A stretch of 64,000 nucleotides of DNA from an uncultured Eubacteriales bacterium (GCA_963614875.1 CAVEFC010000003.1:756-64755), one strand, 5' to 3'; positions 51,506 through 61,934 are shown, counted from the stretch's first letter. Numbers and translations: made by a program. Notes: a model not told the origin generated them from the sequence alone.

Positions 51506-53587
51506 ATGCCAAGAGAATATACGCTTGAACATACAAGAAATATTGGTATCATGGCTCACATCGACGCCGGCAAAACGACTACCACCGAAAGAATTCTTTA
51601 TTACACCGGTAAGACACACAAGCTTGGCGAAACCCATGACGGCTCTGCCACCATGGACTGGATGGAGCAGGAGCAGGAAAGAGGTATCACAATTACCTCT
51701 GCCGCAACCACTTGTTTCTGGAAAGGTAACAGAATCAACATCATAGACACGCCCGGACACGTTGACTTTACGGTCGAGGTTGAGCGTTCGCTCAGAGTGC
51801 TGGACGGTTCGGTGACGGTTTTCTGTGCCAAAGGCGGTGTTGAGCCACAGTCTGAAACCGTATGGCGTCAGGCTGACAAATACGGAGTCCCGAGAATGGC
51901 TTATGTCAACAAGATGGACATAAACGGCGCGGACTTCTATCGCGTACTCAAAATGATGAAGGAACGTCTTAAAACAAATCCCGTTCCGATTCAGCTTCCT
52001 ATCGGTAAAGAGGATACCTTCAGAGGTATTATCGACCTTATCAATATGGAAGCGGACGTCTATTACGACGATCTGGGCAAGGATATGCGCGTTGAGCCTA
52101 TCCCTGCCGATATGGTAGAGCTTGCAAACGAATACAGACAGAGCATGATAGAGGCAATCGCCGAATCTGACGAGGATCTGTTTGAAAAGTATTGCGGCGG
52201 CGAAGAATTGACAACGGAAGAAATCAAGAAAGCGCTCAGAAAGGAAACCATCGCAAACAAGGTGGTTCCCGTAACGTGCGGTACGTCCTACAAAAACAAA
52301 GGCGTACAGAAGCTTCTTGACGCCATCGTCGATTATATGCCCGCGCCTACCGATATTCCGCACATCCGCGGTATAAACCCCGAAACAGAGCAGGAGGAAG
52401 AAAGACCTTCTTCCGACGACGCTCCGTTCGCGGCACTCGCATTCAAGATAATGACCGACCCCTATGTGGGCAAGCTCTGCTTCTTCCGTGTTTATTCGGG
52501 CTGCATCAACGCAGGCGAATCCGCGCTGAACACCGAAAAGGGAGTAAGAGAGCGTTTCGGTCGTATTCTTCAGATGCATGCAAACGAGAGAAAGGACATA
52601 GAAGCTTGCTACGCAGGTGATATTGCTGCCGTTGTCGGAACAAAGAATACGACAACAGGCGACACACTGTGCGATGAAAAGCATCCTATCGTTCTTGAAT
52701 CGATGGAATTCCCCGAACCCGTTATCAAGGTTGCAATCGAACCCAAGACAAAAGCGGGTCAGGAAAAGATGGGCATAGCCCTTTCCAAGCTGGCGGAAGA
52801 GGACCCGACCTTCAGAACCTATACGGATGAAGAAACAGGTCAGACAATTATCGCCGGCATGGGCGAGCTTCACCTTGAAATCATCGTAGACAGACTTCTG
52901 CGCGAATTCAAGGTAGAGGCAAACGTGGGCAAGCCTCAGGTTTCATATAAGGAAACCATCACAGCCACAGCTGATGAAGACTGCAAGTATGCACGTCAGT
53001 CCGGCGGTAAAGGTCAGTACGGTCACGTCAAGATAACGATCGAACCGAACGAACCCGGCAAGGGCTACGAATTCATCAACAAAGTTGTTGGCGGAGAAGT
53101 TCCCAAGGAATATATCCCTGCGGTTGATGCAGGTATTCAGGGTGCGATGCAGTCCGGTATTCTTGCCGGCTACAACGTAGTCGACGTAAAAGTAACCCTT
53201 AACGGCGGTTCTTATCATGAAGTGGACTCGTCTGAAATGGCATTTAAGATAGCGGGTTCGATGGCCTTCAAAAATGCCATGAGAAAAGCTTCACCGATAC
53301 TTACGGAACCGATCATGAAGGTCGTCGTAATTACGCCTGACGATTATCTCGGAGATGTTATCGGCGATATCAACTCGCGCCGCGGAAACATTCAGTCAAT
53401 GGATCCGCTCAACGGCGCAACGCAGGTAACCGCATCAGTGCCTCTTTCCAATATGTTCGGATACGCAACAGACCTTCGTTCAAAAACACAGGGCAGAGGT
53501 CAGTATTCAATGGAACCCAGCCACTTCGCTCAGGTACCGAAGAACATCGCGGAAGAGATAATGGCCGGCAGAAAATCCGGCAACTAA
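51506..53587 (+). CDS. fusA: elongation factor G
   Basis: 693 aa with [20 protein letters not shown] and the rest of the canonical EF-G sequence. Confidence 0.98.
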   Translation: MPREYTLEHTRNIGIMAHIDAGKTTTTERILYYTGKTHKLGETHDGSATMDWMEQEQERGITITSAATTCFWKGNRINIIDTPGHVDFTVEVERSLRVLDGSVTVFCAKGGVEPQSETVWRQADKYGVPRMAYVNKMDINGADFYRVLKMMKERLKTNPVPIQLPIGKEDTFRGIIDLINMEADVYYDDLGKDMRVEPIPADMVELANEYRQSMIEAIAESDEDLFEKYCGGEELTTEEIKKALRKETIANKVVPVTCGTSYKNKGVQKLLDAIVDYMPAPTDIPHIRGINPETEQEEERPSSDDAPFAALAFKIMTDPYVGKLCFFRVYSGCINAGESALNTEKGVRERFGRILQMHANERKDIEACYAGDIAAVVGTKNTTTGDTLCDEKHPIVLESMEFPEPVIKVAIEPKTKAGQEKMGIALSKLAEEDPTFRTYTDEETGQTIIAGMGELHLEIIVDRLLREFKVEANVGKPQVSYKETITATADEDCKYARQSGGKGQYGHVKITIEPNEPGKGYEFINKVVGGEVPKEYIPAVDAGIQGAMQSGILAGYNVVDVKVTLNGGSYHEVDSSEMAFKIAGSMAFKNAMRKASPILTEPIMKVVVITPDDYLGDVIGDINSRRGNIQSMDPLNGATQVTASVPLSNMFGYATDLRSKTQGRGQYSMEPSHFAQVPKNIAEEIMAGRKSGN

Positions 53588-53653
53588 TTCACACAAAAAA
53601 TTAAAAAATAAATGCGAGGCATAAAAGCTTCGCAAAACAAGGAGGATTTTATA

Positions 53654-54859
53654 ATGGCAAAGGCTCATTTCGAAAGAACCAAACCGCACGTAAACATTGG
53701 TACGATCGGACACGTTGACCACGGTAAGACAACTCTTACAGCAGCTATCACAAAGGTGCTTTCTCTCGCAAACGGCAAGAACGAATTCCTTGCTTATGAT
53801 CAGATCGATAACGCTCCCGAGGAAAAGGCTCGTGGTATTACAATCAACACAAGACACGTTGAATACGAAACAGAAAAACGTCACTATGCACACGTTGACT
53901 GCCCCGGACACGCAGACTACGTTAAGAACATGATTACAGGTGCAGCTCAGATGGATGGTGCTATCCTTGTTGTTGCTGCTTCCGACGGTCCCCTTCAGCA
54001 GACACGCGAGCACGTTCTTCTTGCCCGTCAGGTTGGCGTTCCCGCGATCGTAGTTTACCTCAACAAGTGCGACCTCGTTGACGACGACGAACTTCTTGAA
54101 CTCGTTGAAATGGACATTCGTGACCTTCTCAACCAGTACGAGTTCCCCGGCGACGATACTCCCATCATCCGCGGCTCCGCAAGAGAAGCGCTTGAAAGCA
54201 CATCCACAGACATCAACGCTCCCGAATATAAGTCCATTCTCGAACTTATGAACGTTGTTGACGAATACATTCCTACTCCCGAAAGAAAATCCGATCTTCC
54301 GTTCCTTATGCCTGTCGAGGACGTATTCTCCATCACAGGTCGTGGTACGGTTGCTACGGGCAGAGTTGAGAGAGGTACTGTTAAAGTTGGCGACGTAGTT
54401 GAAATCGTTGGTCTTTCCGATGAAAAGAAGAGCACAACGGTTACAGGCGTTGAAATGTTCAAGAAGCTTCTTGATCAGGCTGAAGCAGGCGATAACATCG
54501 GCGCGCTTCTTCGTGGTATTCAGAAGAACGAAATCGAAAGAGGACAGGTTCTCTGCAAACCCGGTTCCATCCATCCTCACACAAAGTTCGTAGGTCAGGT
54601 TTACGTTCTTACAGAAAAAGAAGGCGGACGTAAGAAACCCTTCTTCCCCGGCTATCGTCCTCAGTTCTATTTCAGAACAACAGACGTTACGGGCGTAATC
54701 AGCCTCCCCGAAGGCGTTGAGATGTGCCGTCCCGGCGATAACGTTGATATGACAGTTGAGCTTATCACTCCTATCGCTATTGAAAAGGGACTTAACTTCG
54801 CTATCCGTGAAGGCGGCAGAACAGTCGGTTCCGGCGTTGTTGCCACAATCATTGAGTAA
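53654..54859 (+). CDS. tuf: elongation factor Tu
   Basis: I chose the start at 53654 ([27 protein letters not shown]), with AAGGAGG upstream. 401 aa. Confidence 0.98.
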   Translation: MAKAHFERTKPHVNIGTIGHVDHGKTTLTAAITKVLSLANGKNEFLAYDQIDNAPEEKARGITINTRHVEYETEKRHYAHVDCPGHADYVKNMITGAAQMDGAILVVAASDGPLQQTREHVLLARQVGVPAIVVYLNKCDLVDDDELLELVEMDIRDLLNQYEFPGDDTPIIRGSAREALESTSTDINAPEYKSILELMNVVDEYIPTPERKSDLPFLMPVEDVFSITGRGTVATGRVERGTVKVGDVVEIVGLSDEKKSTTVTGVEMFKKLLDQAEAGDNIGALLRGIQKNEIERGQVLCKPGSIHPHTKFVGQVYVLTEKEGGRKKPFFPGYRPQFYFRTTDVTGVISLPEGVEMCRPGDNVDMTVELITPIAIEKGLNFAIREGGRTVGSGVVATIIE

Positions 54860-54872
54860 TTGAAATGATGAT

Positions 54873-54904
54873 TTTTCGGGGCAGGGCAACCTGCCCCGAA
54901 AAAA
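54873..54904 (+). other. GC-rich palindromic hairpin just after tuf (T5-stem-A6); not a canonical U-tailed terminator on either strand
   Basis: TTTTCGGGGCAGG-GCAA-CCTGCCCCGAAAA. The T-run lies 5' and the A-run lies 3' of the stem when read on either strand. Confidence 0.6.
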
Positions 54905-54911
54905 TTATAAA

Positions 54912-55026
54912 AGATCTTTGGGGAATGGTGTAAATCCATACCGGCAGTTATAGTCTGCGAACGCCTTCGGGCGCCGATGAGGTGTAACTCCTCAACCGAC
55001 GGTACAGTCCGGATGAGAAAAGATTT
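54912..55026 (+). promoter_or_regulatory. FMN riboswitch (RFN element)
   Basis: Matches the conserved RFN blocks by eye: GGGGAATGGTGTAAATCCATACCGGCAGTTATAGTCTGCGA...GATGAGGTGTAACTCCTCAACCGACGGTACAGTCCGGATGAGAAAAGAT. P1 is ATCTTT/AAAGAT. The downstream gene is ribU-like. Confidence 0.88.
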
Positions 55027-55049
55027 GCGGATATTACAGCTCCGCTTTT

Positions 55050-55076
55050 TCCCCTGAGTTTTCGGGGATTTTTTTA
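55050..55076 (+). terminator. FMN riboswitch expression-platform terminator
   Basis: TCCCC...GGGGA stem followed by a T7 run, 22 nt before the ribU start. Confidence 0.6.
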
Positions 55077-55098
55077 TTTCCCTGAAGAAAGGGAAAAT

Positions 55099-55698
55099 AT
55101 GAAAGAAAATAAAATCAGCGTAAAATCAATAGCAACGGTGGGCGTGCTCGGCGCCGTTGCGACCGTACTTATGTATCTTGAATTTCCGCTTGCGTTTCTC
55201 ATTCCGAGCTTTGTGAAATTTGATTTTTCCGATCTTCCGGCGTTGCTTGCGTCGTTTGCGCTCGGCCCGATCGCGGGAATCGCGGTGTGCCTTATAAAAT
55301 GCGTGATACATATTGCGGTATCGTCAAGCGCGGGAGTGGGAGAGCTTGCAAACTTCATTTTAGGGTGCTGTTTCGTTCTGCCCGCCGGAATAATATACAA
55401 GCGTATAAAAACCAAAAAGTCAGCGCTCATCGGCTCTTTAACGGGATCTGTCGTGATGGCGGCAGCGAGTTTTCCCGTAAATTATTTTATAACGTATCCT
55501 TTCTATATGAAAGCTTACAGCCTTACAAAAGAAACGATTGTTTCAATGTACAGGGCAATTCTTCCGTCCGTAAAAGGACTTGCGCAGGCACTTCTTATCT
55601 TCAACGTGCCGTTTACCCTTGTCAAAGGACTTATTGTTTCGACAATAGTTTTCTTTACCTACAAAAGACTTTCGCCCGTTCTTCACGGAAGAAAATAA
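55099..55698 (+). CDS. ribU: ECF-transporter S component for riboflavin (RibU-like)
   Basis: 199 aa. LEFP..FLPSFVKFDFSDLPAL and GELANF..G..FVLPAGIIYK match RibU/YpaA. It is preceded by the FMN riboswitch. Confidence 0.88.
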   Translation: MKENKISVKSIATVGVLGAVATVLMYLEFPLAFLIPSFVKFDFSDLPALLASFALGPIAGIAVCLIKCVIHIAVSSSAGVGELANFILGCCFVLPAGIIYKRIKTKKSALIGSLTGSVVMAAASFPVNYFITYPFYMKAYSLTKETIVSMYRAILPSVKGLAQALLIFNVPFTLVKGLIVSTIVFFTYKRLSPVLHGRK

Positions 55699-55752
55699 TT
55701 CTGAAAACAAACGCATAGAATTGTGTAACAACATAAATCGGGAGTAAAAAAT

Positions 55753-56250
55753 ATGCTTTTATCCATAGCAAGTTCCATATCCGACTTTTTTCTGAACACC
55801 GTGGGCAAAGAGCTTTGTGTGTTCTTCTGCTCGATGATACCGATAATAGAGCTTCGCGGCGCGGTGCCGCTCGGCGCGGCGTTCAAAATGCCCCCGCTTC
55901 AGACGTATCTTCTCAGCGTTCTCGGAAATATGGTTCCCGTGCCTTTTATATTGCTTTTCATAAAAGGCATAATCCGCCTGATGCAGAAGACAAAGACCTT
56001 CGCCGGATTTGCGGACTGGCTTCTTTCAAAAGCCGAAAAAAACAAAGAAAAGATATCAAAATACGGCTTCTGGGGAGTTGCCGTGTTTATAATGATACCT
56101 CTTCCGGGAACGGGCGCATGGACGGGTAGCCTTGTGGCAGCGGTGCTCGATATGCCGTTCTGGAAGGCTATGCTTTCAGCTCTGCTCGGAGTTATGGCGG
56201 CGGGAGTTATAATGCTGCTTATATCATACGGCATCGCAGGTATAGTATAA
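55753..56250 (+). CDS. small multidrug export-related membrane protein (COG2426 / PF06695-like)
   Basis: 165 aa. PIIELRGAVPLG and PLPGTGAWTGSL motifs. Confidence 0.7.
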   Translation: MLLSIASSISDFFLNTVGKELCVFFCSMIPIIELRGAVPLGAAFKMPPLQTYLLSVLGNMVPVPFILLFIKGIIRLMQKTKTFAGFADWLLSKAEKNKEKISKYGFWGVAVFIMIPLPGTGAWTGSLVAAVLDMPFWKAMLSALLGVMAAGVIMLLISYGIAGIV

Positions 56251-56302
56251 AAATATAAAATTTCTATTGCATTATTGAAAATGCTGTGTTATAATACTTG
56301 TA

Positions 56303-56387
56303 TCTTATCAAGAGAGGCGGAGGGACTGGCCCTGTGAAGCCCGGCAACCTGTATTTTATACAAGGTGCCAATTCCCGATAGATGAGA
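56303..56387 (+). promoter_or_regulatory. SAM-I riboswitch (S-box)
   Basis: TCTTATCAAGAGAGGCGGAGGGACTGGCCCTGTGAAGCCCGGCAACC...GGTGCCAATTCC...GATGAGA matches the S-box consensus. It lies upstream of metK. Confidence 0.92.
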
Positions 56388-56407
56388 TTTGTTTTAAGCA
56401 TTTCGGT

Positions 56408-56435
56408 CGTCTTGGGGAAATCCAAGGCGATTTTT
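56408..56435 (+). terminator. S-box expression-platform terminator
   Basis: Stem CGTCTTGG / CCAAGGCG followed by ATTTTTATT. Confidence 0.75.
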
Positions 56436-56479
56436 ATTCGGGACTGTTAAGAAATAATAGCTTAAAAGGAAAAACAAAA

Positions 56480-57667
56480 ATGGCAACAAGATTTTTTGCA
56501 ACCGAATCGGTGACGGAAGGTCATCCCGACAAGGTCTGCGACAGAATTTCGGACAGCGTGCTCGACGCGCTTCTCCGTCAGGACGAAAATGCGCGCTGCG
56601 CGTGCGAAACGGCGGTTACAACTCAGCACGTTCTTGTGATGGGCGAGATAACGGCAAACGCGGATATAGACGTTGAAAAAACGGTAAGAGACGCGGTCCG
56701 CGACATCGGCTACACAAAAAAAGAATACGGCTTTGACTGCGACAACCTTAAAATTCTCAATCTTATACATACTCAGTCGCCTGATATAGCGATGGGCGTG
56801 GACGAATCGCTTGAAGCAAAAGAGGGCGACGGCGACGGCTTTGACATCGGCGCGGGCGATCAGGGAATGGTATTCGGTTATGCGTGCAGAGAAACGGAAA
56901 ACTTTATGCCGCTCGGATATTCGATAGCCACAAATCTTTCCAAAAGGCTTGCGGCTGTAAGAAAAAGCGGCGATATAGGCTATCTTCGTCCGGACGGAAA
57001 AACTCAGGTGACCGTTCAGTACGACGGCGACACTCCCGTAAGACTTGACAACATAGTTGTTTCCGCGCATCACGATCCGGAGGCTACCCAGAAGCAGATA
57101 CGCAGTGACATAATAGAAAAGGTTATTTATCCCGTCGTACCGAAGCATTTAATTGACGCGGATACAAAAATATATGTAAATCCGACGGGCAGATTTGTTG
57201 TCGGCGGGCCGGACGGAGACAGCGGTCTTACCGGAAGAAAAATAATCGTCGATACCTACGGCGGATATTCAAGACACGGCGGCGGCGCATTTTCCGGCAA
57301 GGACGCAACAAAGGTTGACAGAAGCGCCTGCTATGCGGCAAGATATGCGGCAAAAAACATAATAGCGTCGGGCGCAGCCGACAGATGCGAGGTTCAGATA
57401 GCTTATGCCATAGGTGTTGCGCATCCGCTTTGCGTGAACGTAAACACCTTCGGAACGGGAAAAGCTCCCGATGAGAAAATCGCAAAGGCTCTGCGCGAAA
57501 CGGTGGATTTCCGTCCTGCCGCAATAATTTCGTATTTCGGACTCAGAAAGCCGATATTTGCTCCGCTTTCGGCATACGGCCATTTCGGAAGAGAAGAGCT
57601 TGGCGTTCGCTTTGAGAAAACCGACGTAGCCGACATAATAGCCGACAAGCTCGCGCTCAGACTCTGA
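56480..57667 (+). CDS. metK: S-adenosylmethionine synthase
   Basis: 395 aa with [13 protein letters not shown]-type start, GAGDQG and GGGAFSGKD. Confidence 0.98.
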   Translation: MATRFFATESVTEGHPDKVCDRISDSVLDALLRQDENARCACETAVTTQHVLVMGEITANADIDVEKTVRDAVRDIGYTKKEYGFDCDNLKILNLIHTQSPDIAMGVDESLEAKEGDGDGFDIGAGDQGMVFGYACRETENFMPLGYSIATNLSKRLAAVRKSGDIGYLRPDGKTQVTVQYDGDTPVRLDNIVVSAHHDPEATQKQIRSDIIEKVIYPVVPKHLIDADTKIYVNPTGRFVVGGPDGDSGLTGRKIIVDTYGGYSRHGGGAFSGKDATKVDRSACYAARYAAKNIIASGAADRCEVQIAYAIGVAHPLCVNVNTFGTGKAPDEKIAKALRETVDFRPAAIISYFGLRKPIFAPLSAYGHFGREELGVRFEKTDVADIIADKLALRL

Positions 57668-57737
57668 CGGGACAAAACAAAATAACAAACGGGCGACCTT
57701 TTTCATATCATATGATAAAAGCAAAAAGGAGCCCGTT

Positions 57738-58055
57738 ATGTATATATTCATAAGGATTTTTCTTTCACTTTGCATTTTTTACGGAATTTATATTCTTGCG
57801 GCGGCACTTATCGCATTTTGCGCCGGCAGGGAGCTGAAACGCCGCAGCTGTGAGTGCGACGGCGGTGAAATAAGCATATATGCGGATTCCGAAAATGTGG
57901 AATACTGCATAAGAGCCGCGATAGCGGAATCTGCGTTCAGGGTGAAAAAAATAACGGTGAACATTCCGCAGTCATCTCCCGAGCGGGAAAAAACGGCGGA
58001 AATCGCCGAAAAATTCAGAAGAAAATACAAAAATATAAAGATAAATTATAGCTGA
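57738..58055 (+). CDS. hypothetical small protein with an N-terminal transmembrane segment
   Basis: 105 aa. An AAGGAG RBS lies 6 nt upstream. The gene sits 20 nt upstream of recD2. I recognise no family. Confidence 0.5.
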   Translation: MYIFIRIFLSLCIFYGIYILAAALIAFCAGRELKRRSCECDGGEISIYADSENVEYCIRAAIAESAFRVKKITVNIPQSSPEREKTAEIAEKFRRKYKNIKINYS

Positions 58056-58075
58056 AGGAGGTCGGATCGGACGGT

Positions 58076-60304
58076 ATGGAAATCGGCGAGGAGCTTATAA
58101 AAATTTCCGGAATTATTGAAAAAATAATATATCAGAACGAAGAAAACGGCTATACCGTCTGCGATATCGCAACCGATGACGACGAGCTTGTCACGGCGGT
58201 GGGCATTATGCCGTATCTTTGCGAGGGCGAAAGCATAGAAGCCGGCGGAAAGTGGACGATGCATCCGCAGTTCGGACATCAGTTTGCGGTTGAATATTAC
58301 GAAAAACAGCTTCCTTCAACCGAAAGCACGATACTCAAATATCTTGCGTCTGGCGCAGTGCGCGGAATAGGCAAGGCTACGGCAAAGCGTATAGTCGAAA
58401 AATACGGGCTTGACAGCTTCGACGTTATCGAAAAAAATCCCGAATGGCTTGCCGATATTTCCGGAATTTCTCCGAAAAAGGCAAAGGAAATAGGGGAAAG
58501 CTTCAGAGCGCAGTTCGGTATGCGCTCGGTTATGATGTTCTGCCGTGATTATTTCGGAGCGCTGACATCGGTGAAAATATATAAGCGCTTCGGCAGCGGA
58601 GCAGTGGATATGATAAAAGCAAATCCGTATCTTCTGTGCGACGAAATAAGCGGAATAGGCTTTGAAAAAGCCGACGCCGTCGCGCGCTCGCTCGGAATTC
58701 CGAAGGATTCGAGGGAGAGGATTGCCGCGGGAATAAAATTTGTGCTTACATACAATCAGTATTCCGGCGGACACGTTTATCTTCCGCAGAACAAGCTTGT
58801 CGAAACGTCGTGCAAGCTGCTTTCGTGCAGTGCGGACGACGCCGAAAACGAGCTCGGAGCGCTTGTGATGCGCGGCGAGCTTGTGCTTGAAAAGCTTGAC
58901 AAAAGAAACTGCATTTACACAAAGGAATCTCACAGGGCGGAAAAATATATAGTTGAAAAGTTGGACGAGCTGTCAAAGGCGGATCACAGCATAGATACGG
59001 CAAATGTTTCGGCGCTGATAGAGCGTGTGGAGGTTGAAAACGGGATATCGTATGCAAAGCTTCAGAAAAAGGCGATAACGGATTCACTTTGTCAGGGCGT
59101 ATTTGTGCTTACGGGCGGCCCCGGAACGGGCAAGACAACCGTTGCAAAAGCAATAATACGGATATTTGAAACGCTCGGACTTCCCGTTGCGCTTTGCGCG
59201 CCGACAGGTCGCGCCGCCAAAAGAATGACGGAGGCTACGGGCAGGGAAGCGAAAACCATTCACCGCCTGCTCGAAACCGAGCGCGGCTCGGACGACGAGC
59301 CGAAATTTCACCGCGGCGAAAATTGCCCGCTCGATGAGGACGTTATACTTGTGGACGAATCTTCGATGATAGATATTTATCTTATGGAGGCGCTTCTGCG
59401 CGCCGTAAGACCGACCGCACGCCTTATTATGATAGGCGACGCAAGTCAGCTTCCGCCGGTGGGACCCGGGTGCGTGTTCAGGGATATCATAGCTTCAGAC
59501 AGATACAATACGGTTGAGCTTAAATATATTTTCCGTCAGGCTATGGAAAGTCAGATTGTCACAAACGCGCACGCGGTAAACGACGGCGAGCATATAGACC
59601 TTACGAAAAAGGACGGAGATTTCTTTTTTCTTCCGCGCGAAACGGACGAGCTTACCGCGCAGACCGTAGTTGAGCTTTGCAAAAAGCGACTGCCGAAAAG
59701 CTACGGACTTTCCGTGTTTGACGGCATACAGGTCATAACGCCGTCGAAAAAGGGCGTTGCCGGAACGGAAGCGCTTTGCAGTGCGCTTCAGAGCGCAATA
59801 AATCCGCCTTCAAAAAGCAGGAAGGAATTCCGTCGCAAAACGACCGTGCTTCGTGAGGGCGACAAGGTTATGCAGGTGAAAAACAATTACGGCATAACGT
59901 GGATCCGCACGGACGGCGAAGAAGGAACGGGCGTTTTCAACGGAGATATCGGAGTTATAGTCAAAATAAGCAGCTCCGAAGAAAAAATAACCGTCGATTA
60001 CGACGGCAAAATAGTTGAATACGATTTTATATCGGCGGAGGAGCTTGAGCTTGCTTATGCCGTTACGGTGCATAAAAGTCAGGGCAGCGAATATCCGATA
60101 GTCATCATTCCGCTTTACCGTTATACGCCGAAGCTGCTTACGAGAAATCTTCTTTATACGGCGATAACAAGAGCGCAGAATATGGTTGTTCTTGTCGGCG
60201 ACGGGGCGGTTGCCGATATGATGGTGGACAACAACCGTCAGACAAAGCGTTATACGGGGCTTGAATATTTTCTCGGGAGGTTTGACGAAAATGAAGCTGA
60301 CTGA
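58076..60304 (+). CDS. recD2: SF1B ATP-dependent RecD-like DNA helicase (RecD2/YrrC)
   Basis: 742 aa. Walker A GGPGTGKT, Walker B ILVDESSM, an HhH-like N-terminal region and the C-terminal YAVTVHKSQGSE. Confidence 0.92.
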   Translation: MEIGEELIKISGIIEKIIYQNEENGYTVCDIATDDDELVTAVGIMPYLCEGESIEAGGKWTMHPQFGHQFAVEYYEKQLPSTESTILKYLASGAVRGIGKATAKRIVEKYGLDSFDVIEKNPEWLADISGISPKKAKEIGESFRAQFGMRSVMMFCRDYFGALTSVKIYKRFGSGAVDMIKANPYLLCDEISGIGFEKADAVARSLGIPKDSRERIAAGIKFVLTYNQYSGGHVYLPQNKLVETSCKLLSCSADDAENELGALVMRGELVLEKLDKRNCIYTKESHRAEKYIVEKLDELSKADHSIDTANVSALIERVEVENGISYAKLQKKAITDSLCQGVFVLTGGPGTGKTTVAKAIIRIFETLGLPVALCAPTGRAAKRMTEATGREAKTIHRLLETERGSDDEPKFHRGENCPLDEDVILVDESSMIDIYLMEALLRAVRPTARLIMIGDASQLPPVGPGCVFRDIIASDRYNTVELKYIFRQAMESQIVTNAHAVNDGEHIDLTKKDGDFFFLPRETDELTAQTVVELCKKRLPKSYGLSVFDGIQVITPSKKGVAGTEALCSALQSAINPPSKSRKEFRRKTTVLREGDKVMQVKNNYGITWIRTDGEEGTGVFNGDIGVIVKISSSEEKITVDYDGKIVEYDFISAEELELAYAVTVHKSQGSEYPIVIIPLYRYTPKLLTRNLLYTAITRAQNMVVLVGDGAVADMMVDNNRQTKRYTGLEYFLGRFDENEAD

Positions 60305-60980
60305 GCTTATTTTTCCGCCGAAATGTCTTCTGTGCGGAAAGGTGACGCACGGCGAATATCTTTGCGGCGACTGCGCCGGAAAATATAAAGCCGTTTGCGA
60401 AAAGCCCTGCGATATCTGCTTCAGAGCGCAAGCCGATTGCCGATGTCATCACATAGACGGGGTTGATGCGGAAATTCACGTTTTTGAATTCGAGGGGGAA
60501 ATATCGAGAAAGCTTATATATTCTCTCAAACACAAAAACAGCAGACGTCTGCGCGAATTTCTTGCCGGCGAATGCAAACGCGCGCTGATGTCGGCAATAA
60601 CCGATATAGGCGGCTTTTCGGAATGTGTGCTTACATATGCTCCGCGAAGCAGGGACAGCATAGACGAATACGGCTTTGATCATGCAAAGGAGCTTTGCAG
60701 AATAATATCGCGTCTGACCGAAATTCCGATGCAGACGCTCATTGTTCACGGGAAAAGCTCGCAAAAGCAAAAGGAGCTTACCGCCCGTGAAAGACGCGAC
60801 AACGCCGAAAGCACATATTCGGGCGCAAAAAATGTCAGGGCGCCGTATAAGGTTATAATAATAGACGATGTTACGACCACGGGAAGCACAATATCAAGCT
60901 GTGCAAAAATCGTAAGGGCGCTCGGCGCGGAATATGTGGCTGCGCTCACGGTGGCATATACTCCGAAAAAAAGAACATAA
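60291..60980 (+). CDS. comFC: ComF family protein (ComFC; zinc finger plus phosphoribosyltransferase domain)
   Basis: I chose the start at 60291, with a 14-nt overlap with recD2. N-terminal CxxC...CxxC and a PRTase loop VIIIDDVTTTGST. Confidence 0.88.
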   Translation: MKLTELIFPPKCLLCGKVTHGEYLCGDCAGKYKAVCEKPCDICFRAQADCRCHHIDGVDAEIHVFEFEGEISRKLIYSLKHKNSRRLREFLAGECKRALMSAITDIGGFSECVLTYAPRSRDSIDEYGFDHAKELCRIISRLTEIPMQTLIVHGKSSQKQKELTARERRDNAESTYSGAKNVRAPYKVIIIDDVTTTGSTISSCAKIVRALGAEYVAALTVAYTPKKRT

Positions 60981-60995
60981 AAGAGGTGATATCAC

Positions 60996-61868
60996 TTGAC
61001 AAAGACAAATAAAAAAAGACTTTTTATAATAGTCCTTTGCGCTGTTTTAATGGCAATGGCATTGCTTTTTGCATATGTTTTAAGATATCATTTCTGGCGC
61101 ATTTACGGATTTTTCGACGGAATGAGAAAAGGCGAAAAGGGACTTCTTTCGCAGATAAGCGTTGACGCGGCAGAGCTTAAAGGCTTTGAAATATCGGAGC
61201 TTGAGGGCACGGAGGGCATAATATACAGCAACGTACTTTGGCTTGTGAATTCCTCGCATCCGCTTTCGGAGCAGGATGTTCCCGCCGTTGCCGTGATAGA
61301 CGATGATAACAGCGTCAGCACCTATGTTCTTTATGATCTGGAAAGACTTTTTGCCGAGGTAAAAAATCGCTTCGGAAAGGATTTGCTTCTGACAAGCACC
61401 TATCGGACACGCGAATATCAGGCGTGGGTATATGAAACCAATCCTTACGCGGTTCCGGCAGGCACAAGCGAACACGAAACGGGACTTGCCGTCGATGTGA
61501 AGATAGACGGATATCCGCAGAAAAGATTTATAAACAGCAACGTCGGCAGATGGGTAGCGAAAAATTCATATAAGTTCGGATTTATCATACGTTATACCAT
61601 GTGGGGCGAAAAGATGACGGGCGTCGAATATGAGCCGTGGCATCTGCGTTATGTAAGCGAACCCCACGCCGAGATAATATACCGCAGTAAGATTACGCTT
61701 GAAGAATATGCCTCTCTTTACGAGGACGGACAATTTTATTCTTTCGGAGATTATGTTATATCTCATCAGTCCGGCTCGGAGGGGAAGCTGCTCTTTCCCG
61801 ATACGGATAAAAACATTTATGTTTCTCCCGATAATGCCGGAGGGTATTATATCTGGGGGAAAAGATAA
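60996..61868 (+). CDS. VanY/M15B-family D-alanyl-D-alanine carboxypeptidase, membrane anchored
   Basis: 290 aa. TTG start and an N-terminal TM segment. SEHETGLAVD and EPWHLRY zinc-ligand motifs. Confidence 0.85.
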   Translation: MTKTNKKRLFIIVLCAVLMAMALLFAYVLRYHFWRIYGFFDGMRKGEKGLLSQISVDAAELKGFEISELEGTEGIIYSNVLWLVNSSHPLSEQDVPAVAVIDDDNSVSTYVLYDLERLFAEVKNRFGKDLLLTSTYRTREYQAWVYETNPYAVPAGTSEHETGLAVDVKIDGYPQKRFINSNVGRWVAKNSYKFGFIIRYTMWGEKMTGVEYEPWHLRYVSEPHAEIIYRSKITLEEYASLYEDGQFYSFGDYVISHQSGSEGKLLFPDTDKNIYVSPDNAGGYYIWGKR

Positions 61869-61874
61869 AAAGAA

Positions 61875-61902
61875 ATGCGTCGATGAAATCGGCGCATTTT
61901 TT
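61875..61902 (+). terminator. intrinsic terminator of the vanY-like gene
   Basis: 9-bp stem ATGCGTCGA / TCGGCGCAT followed by a T6 run. Confidence 0.8.
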
Positions 61903-61934
61903 GATATTGATACGGATATTTTCATAATGATTTT

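Noticed and set aside
53507-54889. A 460-aa ORF antisense to the whole of tuf. Similar giants lie antisense to fusA (51500..52873), rpoC (48112..49611 and 47140..48090), hprK (21828..23246), AI-2E copy 2 (16927..18339), nrnA (32330..33277), gerAA (35090..36019) and others.
   Set aside because: Each is exactly codon-aligned with the sense gene (for example 54887-53654 = 1233 = 3 x 411). An open antisense frame therefore only requires the sense gene to avoid TTA, CTA and TCA codons, which strong codon bias produces. The antisense products are low-complexity, lack RBSs and resemble no family. The sense genes are unambiguous.
54873-54904. The hairpin after tuf, considered as a standard rho-independent terminator.
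   Set aside because: The T-run precedes the stem and the A-run follows it on both strands, so there is no 3' U-tract. I kept it only as a hairpin of uncertain function.
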